NCBI GenBank assembly: GCA_012295275.1
Contig: CM022672.1
Coordinates: 32,736,001-32,800,000 of the forward strand
Reading direction: 5' to 3'
From: Chrysomallon squamiferum
Lineage: Eukaryota; Animalia; Mollusca
Length of the DNA stretch: 64,000 bases
Shown here: one piece after another, positions 13,320 to 27,117 of the stretch
How positions within the stretch are numbered: the first letter of the stretch is position 1
Layout: each line of letters opens with the position of its first letter
Translations under genes and position numbers: made by a program
The notes under the pieces: generated by a model
What the model was told of the DNA's origin: nothing
Seen by the model: the letters and a program-made list of their open reading frames with translations, nothing else
The model's database searches: none

Positions 13320-13680
13320 TGTCTGCGTATAAAAGCGCTTCTGAAATTTGAATTTACCGCCGCCAAATTCGATAATTTTGCTGATTTCCGGAATTGAGTG
13401 TTATCGGTCTCTATTCGACACAACCACACACATTATTAAGGCATTATAAAGATAATGTTGTTGAAATAACAAAAACGTTATCACCAAAAAAACCCAGAAA
13501 AATACATCGGCTTCCTATGAAAATAATGGTTAGATTGTCATTTTTTTCAAACGCATTTTATTCTGTATTCTACAACAATGAAAACGAGGAACTGGTAAAG
13601 TTGTCAACGGTGTAAGGGAAATAACTCTAATAAGGCTTCGTCGAACACGTGACGGGCACCTTTTTTTTCCGCCATATTTA
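13320..13680. promoter_or_regulatory. Putative bidirectional promoter (copy B ~50370-50720)
   Basis: CpG-enriched patch with TATAAAAG (13328), ETS-like TTCCGGAA (13386), E-box CACGTGAC (13646) and YY1-like CCGCCATATT (13669). Outward-facing donors at 13357 (-) and 13595 (+). Confidence 0.4.
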
Positions 13681-13968
13681 AATAAATGCGATTATTTTGT
13701 TGTAAATGTTTATTTCTGTATTTTAAAACAAAGGAATGACTATTTTAAAGTGTTTAACTTTCCTGTTACATAGGAGACAATGTACTGTAGTGTGTATTGT
13801 CTGAAGTCTCTCAGTTTTCATGGTTAGTTTAATAAACACAACTTTTGTAAATAAAGTAACTTTGAAATTTAGCATATATTAAATTTATTAATGTTTATAG
13901 TTAGATGTGTTGTTATTGTTTTTGTAATTTTATATTTCATAATCAACAAAATCACAAACTGTATTGAA

Positions 13969-13971
<3 letters not shown>

Positions 13972-14054
<83 letters not shown>
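13972..14054 (+). repeat. (CT)n microsatellite (copy B ~51024-51105)
   Basis: Pure CT run. Confidence 0.95.
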
Positions 14055-14058
<4 letters not shown>

Positions 14059-16999
14059 ATCCACAGTCGTATATCCTAATCATTATTTTTTCCTGTATTT
14101 TTAGATATTAACTGCCTCGTTGTTATTTATTTTTTCTTCAGCTATATGTTTGAAAGATGGGTTAGGAATACCTAATTCTTTATATAATCTTTGCCTCATC
14201 AAAACATTCCCATCAATTTTTCCACTTCAATACAAGGACTTCCTGTGAACATGAGGTAGAATACGAGAAAAACTCTTAGTCTTTCCTGCAGAGCAGTTCT
14301 TCTGGATAGAAATTATAAAACTGGTATGAAAAACACACTCATTCACTTTTCTGTTTAACAATCTACTTACATTCTTCTCAGTTTTGGTATTGGTAAAATA
14401 TTCTCAATACAGAGTAAGAAAAGCAGATTAGTGCAAGGATAGTCTACAATAACAAGTAAATTAATTGTGGTATAACTTAGTTCACTTCCATGTTTCCTTA
14501 TTTCCATTTGCATTGTTTCATTTTTTTGTTAGTTTATATTTGTAGTAAGAGTAATAAAAACCATTTCTTGTTTCGTTTTCAACTCCCAGTATGCAGTTCA
14601 CTTTATTTTGTTTATATTTCAAATTTTAAAAATTAATTTTGCCATTTCTTAGTTTTCACTATAATTTGATGATTCTAAGAATTTTAGTATATTTATAATT
14701 TAGAAATTTAAAATATATATCAGGATAAAACATTAGTATATGTATTTGTCAGAAAGAGAAGTATTTTGTATATCTACAAATAAATGCTTGTTTTTCAGAA
14801 ACTACTCAGTACACAAGAAGAGGTAATTCTGTGAGCTCACCACAGGAGAGAAATGTCATCAAAGAATCTGTACTAGCCTGGCAGGAACAGAAGCATCTAC
14901 AGAGGTTGTCGTTGTTCTTACAGTAACAGCAGTAGTAGTAAACTCATTTTTGTAGTGTATTTGTTAGAGTATTAGTACTTAATAATAATCATTCTTGTTT
15001 GTAGTAATAGGTGATATTTTAGCCGATGATGCTTTGTGATCATAATGTATCTTTTGTGATTCACAGTCATAAAAATACTAGCTGTAGTCATAGTACTAGT
15101 TGTAATGGTAGTAGCAGTACTAATAGTAGTTTTATTGTTGCAATAGTAGTAGCAATAGAGGGAGTTTGAGTATATAACAGTTACATGAGAAATTATTATA
15201 AAAGTCAATTGAAAAGTAGGTGTAGAAATAGGAACAATAGTAGTTGTAGTAGTAGTAGTAGTAGTAGTAGTAGTTGTTGTTGTTTTTGTTGTAGTAGTTA
15301 TAACGATAATAGTATAAAAAATATATTTGTTAGCTGAATAGGGGGAAAAGAAAGAAAAATGATTAATACTTTATTTACTATTTTATTTACTATTTTATTC
15401 ATTTGTTTGTTTGTTTATTTACTTAATATTTTTATTCAGTATTTTATTTATTTATTTATTGATTCAATGATTTATTGATTTATTTATTTACACAGACAAG
15501 ACAGTGCTCTCACCAATCAGATTCAGACCAGTGTGTTCTTCACTTTCTTGTCCAACATCAGATTCGACTCAGTCTTCTCACACATCACATGTCACATGGA
15601 TTTCCTGACTCATACAGCAGAGTGGGACCAATGCAGTATCAGTGACTATAACACTTGCTGTCTTATTGCAGTGCTGCAGTCAGGAATTGTTTTCCCAGTC
15701 TACACATCAAACTGTGACATATGAAATATGAGGTGTTAATGTTCAGAAAATAATTTTTGGTTCACCCAGTACATCAGTGTGTATCGTAGGCTGATATTTT
15801 CACTTCTATGTTGACAGCGTAAAGAAAAAATCCTGAAAGACTGAATAAATGCTTATATCTCTTATTGACTAGATAAAATGGGTGAAATCTGTTTTGTTTT
15901 TCAATTTTTAAATAAAATAAATAAATATATGTAATCAAATTTATTTACTTTTCTTAAAATAAACTGTCTAAACTAGTCTGTGATTTTTTCTCTCTGTGTT
16001 AGTCATTTCATGCACTCACCCTGGATCAGAAAATTCAAATAATTTTGTACAGCTACTAATATATAAGAATTTGTAATGTTTATTAAGTTTTTAATCTACC
16101 AAAACTGAATAAAAATATTCCTCATCTTAGGATGTTTCATAATGTTAGCTAAAAATATTAAATTAAAAACAGAATACAAAATAATTCGAAATGTTTATTT
16201 CAACAAAAAAAACAAGTTAATATCGGAACTACTTTTTCATAAAAAAAACCCCATAATTTTAGAAATTATTACATAAAATTCCTTACATAAAAATTTAGAA
16301 AAGCATGATATATAATATTTTTGAACTTTTAAATTAAAAATGTTTTAAAACATTTGATCAGGTTTTAAAGATGAGAGCCAAAAGTGCTGTAAAATATAAA
16401 AATACCAAGATTTCTGATCTATCCAACAAAAGTATAATAATAAAATATACAAAATGAAATAAAAAATAACCAGGATATTTGTTTACAAAAAAGTTAAAAG
16501 CTCAATAAATAACTTCTGATTTTATCTTCTAAAACACACAAAATTATATACTTCCATGTTATGTTTTCTTACGATACCTTTATTGGGTAAATCTTTACTA
16601 GAAGTCTTGATGTTCTTTGTTATTTTATATTTGGTATAGATAATTCAGTAGATTATTTTTTTTTAAATAAAATAAGAAATACAAAAAATAAAACAGAAAA
16701 ATGAAATTATCTCCCTTGGACCAGACAACTTTATATATAATCTGTACTTTTTTTTACAAAGCAGTAATCAAGTATTTCTAACAAATTATTTTTAAAAATA
16801 AAAGTCTTTTTTTCACAGACCTGACTGAACTTGGTGCTGTATTGGGTCCAAACATCATGTATATTGGTCTATATGTAACTACATCTTGTATAAAAAACAT
16901 TGCGACTTCCAATCTGAAATCACAGTTTCACAGTTTTATAAATTATTTAATAAGTGTAGTCCATGACTCACACAAGTAATGTTTTTAAACTTTTGTTTG

Positions 17000-19501
17000 G
17001 TGTGGATTTTTCTAGAAGTTCTCAGTATTCTTCAAGCATTTGGCTTCTTTTTATTTTTTTGTTGAGATGTTTCATCTTCTACAATTTCTTCTGCTTGCTT
17101 AGTTCAGTGTGATCAGAAAACTTGAAAAACTTGGAGGCAAACTCAAGAAGCCATTTAGAATGAACAGATGATTATCATTAACACTTCTCATTATAAACAA
17201 ACCTGAAAATTTAAAACAGAAATAAATGTGTTTTTATTCAAACAAAAATAATATTCAGAAGTATATAAACAGTATTAATATGTCCTGATTATAAAAGTTT
17301 ACCTCTGAATGTGTATTATACAATTTGACATCTAAAATGAAGACTAGATAAAATTCAAATCTGATGTTTTGTGACTTAATACTAGAGAGCTGAGCTGAGA
17401 AGTAACAGACTGTAGTATCAATCTTGATTTGTGCAGTCTGTTACTCATGTGTTAAAAAATGTACATTGAACACTGAATATAAAAATAATTGACTTCATTA
17501 ACAGTGAAAATGTAGAGGGTTTTTCTCTTACACTGTCATTATGAAAAATAATTAATAACTGTCATCTGAAACAGACCATTTAAAATTATTAATCACACTT
17601 CATGATTACCAAAACGCTGAGGAAAAAGTTTATTAAAAATTGTGAGAGAAAAGTTTACATTTATTTACAAGTCAAGCAGACAGTTAAACTAACATGATGT
17701 GAAGAATCTGCTGTAAATAGATTTCTGTACTCTGTGTACAACACCAGCTTGTGTCCAAAACATCAGACAAGACATTCATATATTTAAAACAAAAATGTCA
17801 GTAATAGTATTACAAATGTAATGTACATACACTTTACTTACCAATCACTCAGCCTGTTAAAACAGCACTGATGTAAAACATCTGATTGTCTGTAACTCTC
17901 CTGTGATTTCTTTGCTGTAAGAATCTGCTGTAAATAGATTTCTGTACTCTGTGGTGATTCTGACATAACATCCAGCTTGTTTCTAGAAATAAAACATTAA
18001 TTGTACATTTTTGAACAACTATTACAATGTTATGTCTTCATTTGAATTTGGAGTGATGTTTTCAACTAATATATATGTAGAGTGAAATAAAATTTAACTA
18101 AAATAAAATAAAGTCAAACTGTATTTATTAAAATATTTCTTGTTGTTCCTGTACTTTTTATTATCTGGGAATGTGTCTGTTTAAAACAAATTTGAACAAA
18201 TCAAGTGAGAAGCTTTAAGTATGAATCTAATAATTTTAAAAATAAAATATACATATTATTTTTTTTTTTTTACTTTTTTAAATTGATAACAAATAGAATC
18301 TAAAATCTTTAACTTATTCTAAATTTTTAAATTTAAACTTTCTAAAATACATGTCAATTGACTATTTCCTCTTACAGCTATGTTATCACAGTTGGTAAAT
18401 CAATGACAAAGTATGTATTTGCAAATAAACAATAAAATTATATCTAATAATATTAATATTAAAACATTCTCAGATGAAATTAAGTAATTTATTATTTTGA
18501 AGTTTATAAAATCTGGTAGTAAACTGAATTACCTGTCCATTGTACCCAGCATCTGTTTACAAACATGTTGAGTACATCTGAGTGTCTGAGTCTGTACAAA
18601 TTTCTCTTAACAGTCAGGACTGGGGAAGTGACTGTTCTTCACTGAACTGTGCACTACACACATGGTCAAGTGATCATCCTTGGCCTGAAGGAACCTGGCC
18701 TTTTTTCTGAACAGAAAGAGCTTGTTTATCCTGTAAAGTCATAAATTACATTTATGATTGATAAACCTTAACAATGAAATGAGTTAACTAAAAAATTGTA
18801 ACATTTATTACTGATAACTCTAATAAATAAAATTATAGTTAATTAAAAAAAAAAAAAAATAAAAAAAAAATAAACATAAAAATTATAAAATGTATCATTG
18901 GTAATCTCTGGAAACAAAAACAAATTACTGTTTAAATATCACCTAAAATATTAGAATAACAAATTATTTAGTCAGAATAAATTGATTCTGCTGAGATTTT
19001 TCTGTATTTTATTATTGTTCATAATAACCAACAAAAAGGAAAATGAAAGCTTCAAGTTTTTTTTCAGTTTAGTGACAAAACTTTCATTGTGTCAAAAACA
19101 TTTTTTTTTTAAAAAGATTATTTCCCATAAATATAAACAAATAAAAAAAAAAAAATCTTTAGGATGGATGAAAAATAATTTATTTTATTCATGAATAATT
19201 TTACTTCTTTCTGTTTTTAAAAACAATAAATTCATTTCCTTGTATGTATTTTTTTTCATCTTCAATACAAAAGATGTTTTATGTAAAATTTGTTTAATAA
19301 TAATTTTGGATGTTTAATATTATACTAGCTTAATCATATCTGTGATACGAATACAAAAAATGAATTTCAAACCTCTGGTCTGTATAAAACATTCTGCACA
19401 GACAACACAGACACAACTGTGACAATTCCAGAACTACAGGCCAAGTGAAATGACATGACAAACATCTTGGACAATATGGACTCCAGTGGAAATTCAACCA
19501 T
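17000..19501 (-). other. Putative spliced non-coding or degenerate transcript: exons 19501-19373, 18730-18533, 17982-17842, and a terminal exon from 17202
   Basis: Higher-complexity islands bounded by polypyrimidine-AG acceptors and GT donors (GTTTGA, GTAATT, GTAAGT). No continuous ORF across the exons. Confidence 0.4.
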
Positions 19502-19560
19502 CTGTAAATACAAAATAAATATATAACAAATATACATGACTAATAGTTGTAAAAGATTTT

Positions 19561-19595
<35 letters not shown>

Positions 19596-21633
19596 AATAA
19601 CAAGAACAATAACTGTATTTTACTTCAAAATATCAGCATGATAAATATATATAAAACAATGTTTTTCACACACAACAAAATGTTAAATACATTTTTAAAT
19701 ATACCTATCAACTTCATAACAGCTAGTATATTAAAAATGTGTATATACACATATAGTTTTAAATATTACTTTGCGAAATATGTATATAGGCCTATATTGT
19801 ATAATATACACTAGTTATACTGTATACTCTGTAATACACTTATAGTTAAACACTAATCCAGGGCAGCGGGCTTGAAATGGCCAAAGATCCGTTTGGGCGA
19901 CTTGACCTGTTTATCTATAAGTTATAATTCAAGAGCCACTATTAATTACTTCATCTCAAATATTTATTTCACACAAAAGGTTTGCTCGTAGTTCGATAAA
20001 TTGGACGTACTGGCTTATCTTATTTTGCCAATATTTTTTTATAAACACTAACGGTGAACGCCGGATATGCATGTGGTTTACTGTAGTCTTGATAAACAAA
20101 ACCGCGAGTCTCGCTGACCCAGTATCGTTAAAACTGGTCGTGACCATTCGGATCATTCCGAACCTTCCCGAATGCCGTCTTAGCTTCTGTCGTCTGCGAC
20201 AGTAGAGAGGAAAACCACACCATAATCTCAAACCACGAGTAATTTCAACACATTTTGTAATCAAGAGATAAACACATTAATAACTTGTTAAGTACTAAAA
20301 ACCAGCAGGTTCACGAGTGAACTGTTTTTACTTTAAATAGTTATAAAGTTAAATTTTGTTATTTTAAATATAGTAAATAAATAAGCAATAATAGGGCTGT
20401 TTCAATAGTTATTAGATTGAAAAGAAAAGTGATTTGTTGTATTTACTTTCTATTATATATGTTTTTCATAAATATTTGCTTTGTTTCTTTTCATTTCTTT
20501 TTTTTTTTTTTCTTTTATTTATTTATTTATTTATTTATTTTTATGTGTTTTTAGTTGTTTTTTCTTTTTGTTTTTTTCATTTTTTCAAATTTGTAATACT
20601 GTTTAACTGTTATTCCTGGATAATATATCTCAGTTCAAAATATATTGTTTCTGGAGTTTATTAATTTCAAAATCAATGTTAATAAAATTTTATTTTGAAA
20701 ATGAATGATAGTTTTGATCTACTGGATCAAGTATTGGATCCTTAGATAAAGTTTATTTCATGTTACGATATTAATTTTAGATAAATCTTTTGCTTTTTGT
20801 CAGTTCTCAAGTTTTACTCTACAAATCAATGACTGTACATTTTGCAGTCAATTGAAATGTGTTCTAACTGTAAAAGCTGCAGTGGACTGAATTCTGATAT
20901 TTTCTTTCTTATGATTGAGATTTTTTAATGGATCTTTGAAAAATTCATTTTATCTCATTGACGATCTCATTTACCTGAAATGAAAAAAAACCCACCATTA
21001 ATATTATAGGTTTACATAAATACCTTAAAGGTTAACTGCTTAAACTGAATAATAAAGTTTAACAAAGTAGGTAACCAATACACTGAACCCTTCACATGAG
21101 AGACAACACATTTCCTGAGAATTCACTTCATTTGTTATCACAGTCAGTATATGTCATCCAGTCACAGATACATATTTATTGTGTAGTTCACAGAATATGA
21201 GAGGAAAAAAACAAATCACACCAAAAAACACTGGCCCCTACATGACACTCATATAATAGCATATAAAAACATAATGTTACATACAAATAATACAGCGATA
21301 TAAATTAACAGTCTTTACTAAAACTGATGGATTTGCAAGTATATAAACATCCATTCCACCCTCAAAAACAAGCACGTTCTACAACCCTCAGCCCGACACA
21401 CACTTACATTCACATACACAAACATCACTACACGTATCACACAACACTAATTAACTGAATATGTTTGTTACATGTTATATCTCATCATGGAAATAAAACA
21501 TTTACCAGAGCCTCGGAAAGACGGCGCTAAGAAATGAAATTTTTGTTTGCGCTTTTTAGCCACATTCTTGTTCAACGTTTGACGCTTCTTCTAACGTTGT
21601 TTACTGCAAGAAGGACAACAACAAATGTTATGA

Positions 21634-21673
<40 letters not shown>

Positions 21674-22317
21674 GTTTAAAATAACTGAAGAAAAAACCCA
21701 AAACAGAATGATAAATAAATAAATAAAGAAAGAAATAAAATTAAGGCTTCTATCCTGATACAGCCTTGTATTTGCTTGCACAAGGGAATAAAAGGTTTTT
21801 ATTTATTTATTTATTTTATTTTATATTTTTTCGATTTTGTGTCAGGTAAATTCTTACTTTGAAAATATTATGAACCTTTAACACCAAGCCTCCCAAACGT
21901 TAAATGATGCGAAAAAGGGAAATACAAATGGAAACAAAAATTGCCACGTGTGTGATTGGTTGTGCTGAAGTAATGTAACTGACATCTGCAATTCTCGCGG
22001 AAAAAATAACTGAGCTGGCGGGAAAAAATGTCTCTCCTGTTGATTTTCTTCACTTTACAAAAAGGAAAACAAAAATTGTAATTCCACGGTATAGAAGAAA
22101 AAAAAAAAAGAAGTAAATAATAATTAAAACAAACAAACAGAAAAAGAAACACTATTAGATGAATCTATTTCTAATTATTAATAACGAAATGAAAAAAGCA
22201 AAACGAAACAATATAAATAACGATGGAGACAATAATGATAAATAGAATAAAAGAAAAATAGAAAAAGTAATACCACGATCAAAATAACAATATAATAACA
22301 ACACCAACAACGGCATA

Positions 22318-22377
<60 letters not shown>

Positions 22378-22490
22378 CATCATCATCATCATCATCATCA
22401 TAAATGCACACTGAAAAATCAGTGTAGGTTAAATCCCCTAGCAACCAATATTCCAGATAAAAAATTTCTGAACCTGTCCTCTGTCTCTTT

Positions 22491-22493
<3 letters not shown>

Positions 22494-22564
<71 letters not shown>
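22494..22564 (+). repeat. (CA)n microsatellite next to (TAA)n(CAT)n at ~22318-22400
   Basis: Simple repeats. Confidence 0.95.
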
Positions 22565-22565
<1 letters not shown>

Positions 22566-23289
22566 CTACACTTTCTTTCACATACAAATACGTCTCCTGT
22601 TTCACCATTGAACGCACACCCATAATCTCTCACATGCACACATACAAACTTGTCCCGGTGACCGAACGGTAACATCCTCCGCCTTCGGAGGGCTGCGAAT
22701 GGGTCCCATACGTTCTAGTGAAATACACACATACACCTATAAGCATAGACCTATAAACACACATACAAACAGATGTGTGTCACACACTTACTCAGTTACA
22801 CACTCATTCATGCTTTAACGTTCGCATACATTTCAAATAAAGGTGAATAGTATATACACTGTGTAACTTTAAGAAAGGGAGATAAGTAAGGAACCAACTA
22901 AGAAACAAAATACGAGTAATTATATTTTGCAACGATTTTGTTTTGTTTTAACAGTAACACGCTCGCACACAATGAACACCGACACACAAAAACACACACC
23001 GACACACAAACACAAACTGATACATACAAATACACACAACAACACACACAAGTACACAGTGACATACGCAAATGCGTGCGCCTTTCCTCTTCTTATAATT
23101 TATTTCTTGATCAGAAGCGTTTCTGTAAAAAAAAACATGCTTGTCCAAGAAGGTTATTTTAATTTAAATCTGATAATATATTAACAAAAGTGATAGGTTT
23201 ACTTACACATTACCCTCAGTCACTGCATTATAATTCTGTAAAGTGTAAAATAGATTAAAAGTAAATTCATTTTAATAAAAAGGACAGCA

Positions 23290-23326
<37 letters not shown>

Positions 23327-23798
23327 TAATAATAATAATAATAATAATAATCATAATAATAATAATAATAATAATAAAATTATAAAAATAATACTTTTCA
23401 AAATACTATTAATTCAATAACATTATGATCTTAAGGTTCACCAACATGTATGTAACTATCAGTTTATCAAAATACTTAATGTGCTACTACTAGAAACACT
23501 CTCACTACAAGTTTATCAACATACTTAGTTTGAATACTAGAAACATTGACAACTACAAGTGTATCAACTTACTTGTGGGTGTGTTTGTATGTATGCTTTT
23601 ATGTATGTACGTATGAACTACGTATGTATGTATGCTTTAGAAAGAGTTATGAGTGATTAGATGTGAGTGTATCTATATCCCTCTTCTCTCTCTCTCTCCA
23701 TACACACACGTAGACACAAACACATCCATAAATATAGACACACACACACACACACACACACGAATACACATGCAGCATATACATACTAGATACCTAGA

Positions 23799-23998
23799 NN
23801 NNNNNNNNNNNNNNNNNNNNNNNNNNNNNNNNNNNNNNNNNNNNNNNNNNNNNNNNNNNNNNNNNNNNNNNNNNNNNNNNNNNNNNNNNNNNNNNNNNNN
23901 NNNNNNNNNNNNNNNNNNNNNNNNNNNNNNNNNNNNNNNNNNNNNNNNNNNNNNNNNNNNNNNNNNNNNNNNNNNNNNNNNNNNNNNNNNNNNNNNNN
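23799..23998. other. Assembly gap (200 N)
   Basis: Run of N. Confidence 1.
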
Positions 23999-24121
23999 TG
24001 ATGATAATGATTACTATTATTCCCCCATATTTCTAAATTGACTTTTTACGGTTTATTTATAACAACAATAACAGAAAAATTAACAATGAATACAAAAATC
24101 GCAAGACCAAAATAATAATAA

Positions 24122-24152
<31 letters not shown>

Positions 24153-24821
24153 AAGAAGAACAATAATAATAATGAAGAGTGAGACATTTGGAGATATACA
24201 ACAGCAAGCCAATGGAAACGTATTTCTCCAAAGCTGGCAAAGTTGATTATAAACTCAGAAAGAAAAACGGGGAAAGGAGACTCCACAAATAAAAACAAGT
24301 AAAACGAACAATAGCAGGGGCAGGTGTGTAAGCAACATAAAACATTTTTAAAATAAAAATATTTCAATGCGCAGTCGATGCCTATCCTCTTAAAACATAC
24401 ATGTATGTGTATATATATGTGTGTGTGTGAGTGTGTGTGTATGTGTGTGTGTGCATAAGTCTATTTGTGTGCGTGTGTATATGTAACCATGTTTTTGTAT
24501 ATGGATATGTGTACAGATATGTGTATATGTGAATATGTATCCATATTTAAGTCTTCACGTTTGACATGATTTAACAATAGGCCTAATTGTTACGGAATAT
24601 ACAAAATGATTTTTGAAAACTGTATATGTGTTATGAATAAAGAATATCCCAAATTATATGTTTTACCAGAACCGTGGTATTTTGTTTCAATACGCAATAT
24701 CTGATTTCTGTTCCTGCAGAAAATAACGATACTAAATTTCTTTCTTTAAAGTGTGGTGCATAAATAACACAGTCATAATTATACAGAAACTATAAAGATA
24801 CTTATATATATATATATATAT

Positions 24822-24930
24822 AAAAGAATTTTATTTAACGACGCATTCGATTCAGTTTTAATAAACATTTATATGACGTCATTCACAGAATTAGGTCAGA
24901 TTAATGTGTAATGAACAGAGGAGAAGCTTA
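24822..24930 (-). mobile_element. SINE 3'-tail fragment
   Basis: 'aaagaattttatttaacgacgcattc...atatgacgtca' resembles the reverse-complemented tail of the gastropod-type SINE (from memory). Confidence 0.4.
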
Positions 24931-25436
24931 ATTCAAAAATAGCAGAAACATATTTTTATTTCAGTTTATTCAACCGATATTTTAGGGTAATTGATGCTGA
25001 ACCAGAAGATGAAACATTGTTGGACGCTCCTAGTAAGTATGTTTGTAGGTGATAAAGTTTATAAAACGCAGAGTGTACGTATGGTGATACAAGTAATTAG
25101 TGTTAATTGTGAGTAGTTAATAAGAGATGAACACATTACTCTCTAGTGTTGGTCTACAGCAGGGATTCATTTATGTTCATATTAGGAACATACAAGTACA
25201 AACTTCGTGAAGAACTGGGAACAGATGGGTCACAGCAGACGTCAAACTAACGCTTACCAGCAAATACATGTAAATAATTTTATAAAACAATAAAAAATCT
25301 GAAGGTTTGATTTTAAAATAATACGAATGTCGTATCTGCAATAAAGAAGTAAATGGACCGATGTTGAAAGTTTGCTTATAGAGAAATCAAATAAGGTATT
25401 CTGTGGTTCTTGAAACAATTATAGACAGCAAACAAT

Positions 25437-25471
<35 letters not shown>

Positions 25472-25905
25472 TATGTTTTGTCATGTTAGCTAAGACTAAA
25501 AATGGCTGCTTGCATTGACATCTGGGATTGCTTGTTCGCGCACAAACCCGCAGTTAAAACTATATCACAATAATATGCGTTGAATTGTGTTCAAACCAAA
25601 TAACTGTTATTTGTCACCTTTAAGTATGTAACTGTTTAGTTCTCAAAAGAAGATATATATACGTGCTAATTAATTAATTAAAATAAATTTAGCTTCCATT
25701 TCTTATTGGTTTTTTTATAGCATACTTGTACTGAAAAAAGCATCAAGGGAGAAATATTAGCAAAGAAGATAATCGTATTTTAAGAATTATATAAATTAAT
25801 ATAAATCTACCACCACTAATACTTCAGTTACTACTTCTGTTATTACTACTACTAATACAGCCTCTACTGCTAATTCTTCAACTACTGCTATCACTATTTC
25901 TACTA

Positions 25906-26957
25906 CTAGAGGAGAGTGGGGCCTAATGGGATAGTGGGCCATAATGAGAAAGTTGATTTTTGTTGTCTGTAATGTGTCTGCAATTGTCGGAGTTTGCCCC
26001 AATCCCGAAGCTCAAAGAAAAGATTTGTGTGACACGTGAAGGCGTAAAACGTGGATCAACGGTTGTATTAACAAGTTGCCCATTCAAGCAGTAACTCCTG
26101 GAACAGCAGAAAGCAAACACGGTGAGTAAAGTAATCAGGCCTAAAACAAAGGCGAAAGGAGCGAAATGTGGTAGTAAACGTGGCGAGGCCAGCAATGATA
26201 AAGGGGCAAATCATTGCAATCATGTATACTTTAATTCGACTGAAGGTGAAGTTTGAGTTCACCTGCAAAGGGTGGTCTCACCAGGACTGTGCAGGGGTTG
26301 AGGAAGAGGATTTTATTTGTGATGTCTGTTCTCACTAAATCACTTTAAATCTGACAGTCGAGGTTCAGAAGTTGAATAGTCATGATAGTTGAACAGTGTT
26401 TGTTTTGCTTGGCCTACTCAGTGAGTTCAGAGTAAAATGTTGTTTTATTCAAGGCTTTTACTTATTTACTGATTACTTCCGTACAGTGATTTGCTTTTCC
26501 TTAGAATTCAGTTTAAAGTTTGTTTGTGTTTGGAGGTTAAATTTGATTGATGAACGGTATTCATTGCATTTTAGGTTTTGGTTATAATCTGTTGTGAATA
26601 GATGTTCCTGCAGTGCTTTTATTCGGTTAAGATAAATGTTTTGCAGCTTTGATAGTTTGTCAGAGTTGTTTATTTTTCTGTGATCTGTGGAGGGAGAAGG
26701 TCATCCCATTATGCCCCATCCATTTCAGTTTGCTCCGTTAACAAATCCCAATATGGGGCAATATGGGAAATTTCAGACCCTTTTGAAATTATCTCAGTAT
26801 TTGGCAATGCTCTACAATTGCCGGCTGTTGTCTGGTTTATTGACACCTTATAACCTAACGAAGCACACTGTATTACGTCTGCCCTTGTAACGCATATCCA
26901 TCGCCAGTGAGAGTACAACACACGTTAAGTATCTCGTTATGCCCCACTTTGACTTAG
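25906..26957 (+). mobile_element. Internally deleted pogo-like (Tc1/mariner superfamily) DNA transposon with a transposase C-terminus/PHD remnant
   Basis: Degenerate TIRs ctagaggagagtggggcctaatgggata vs revcomp ctaagtcaaagtggggcataacgagata, TA on both flanks. Coding remnants PIPKLKEK...KRGSTVVLTSCPFKQ*LLEQ and CKGWSHQDCAGVEEEDFICDVCSH* (26264-26338). Confidence 0.8.
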
Positions 26958-27037
26958 TACTACTACCACTAGTACAGCTTCTTCTGTTATTACTAATTCT
27001 TACTGCTACTACTACCATTATTACTCAAATTTATTCA

Positions 27038-27038
27038 T

Positions 27039-27100
<62 letters not shown>
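27038..27100 (+). repeat. (TAC)n microsatellite
   Basis: Simple repeat. Confidence 0.9.
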
Positions 27101-27117
27101 TAATCTATTCTCTACAG

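Larger units (their letters stand above)
1..23798 (+). repeat. Copy A of a ~24-kb directly duplicated block (partner 35587-59366); may extend left of the window
   Basis: Position 1 'tcacaaaacaattctggtataatgattatacaaac' recurs at 35587. Colinear high identity through the IAP, the hAT element and the flanks up to the N gap at 23799. Confidence 0.95.
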
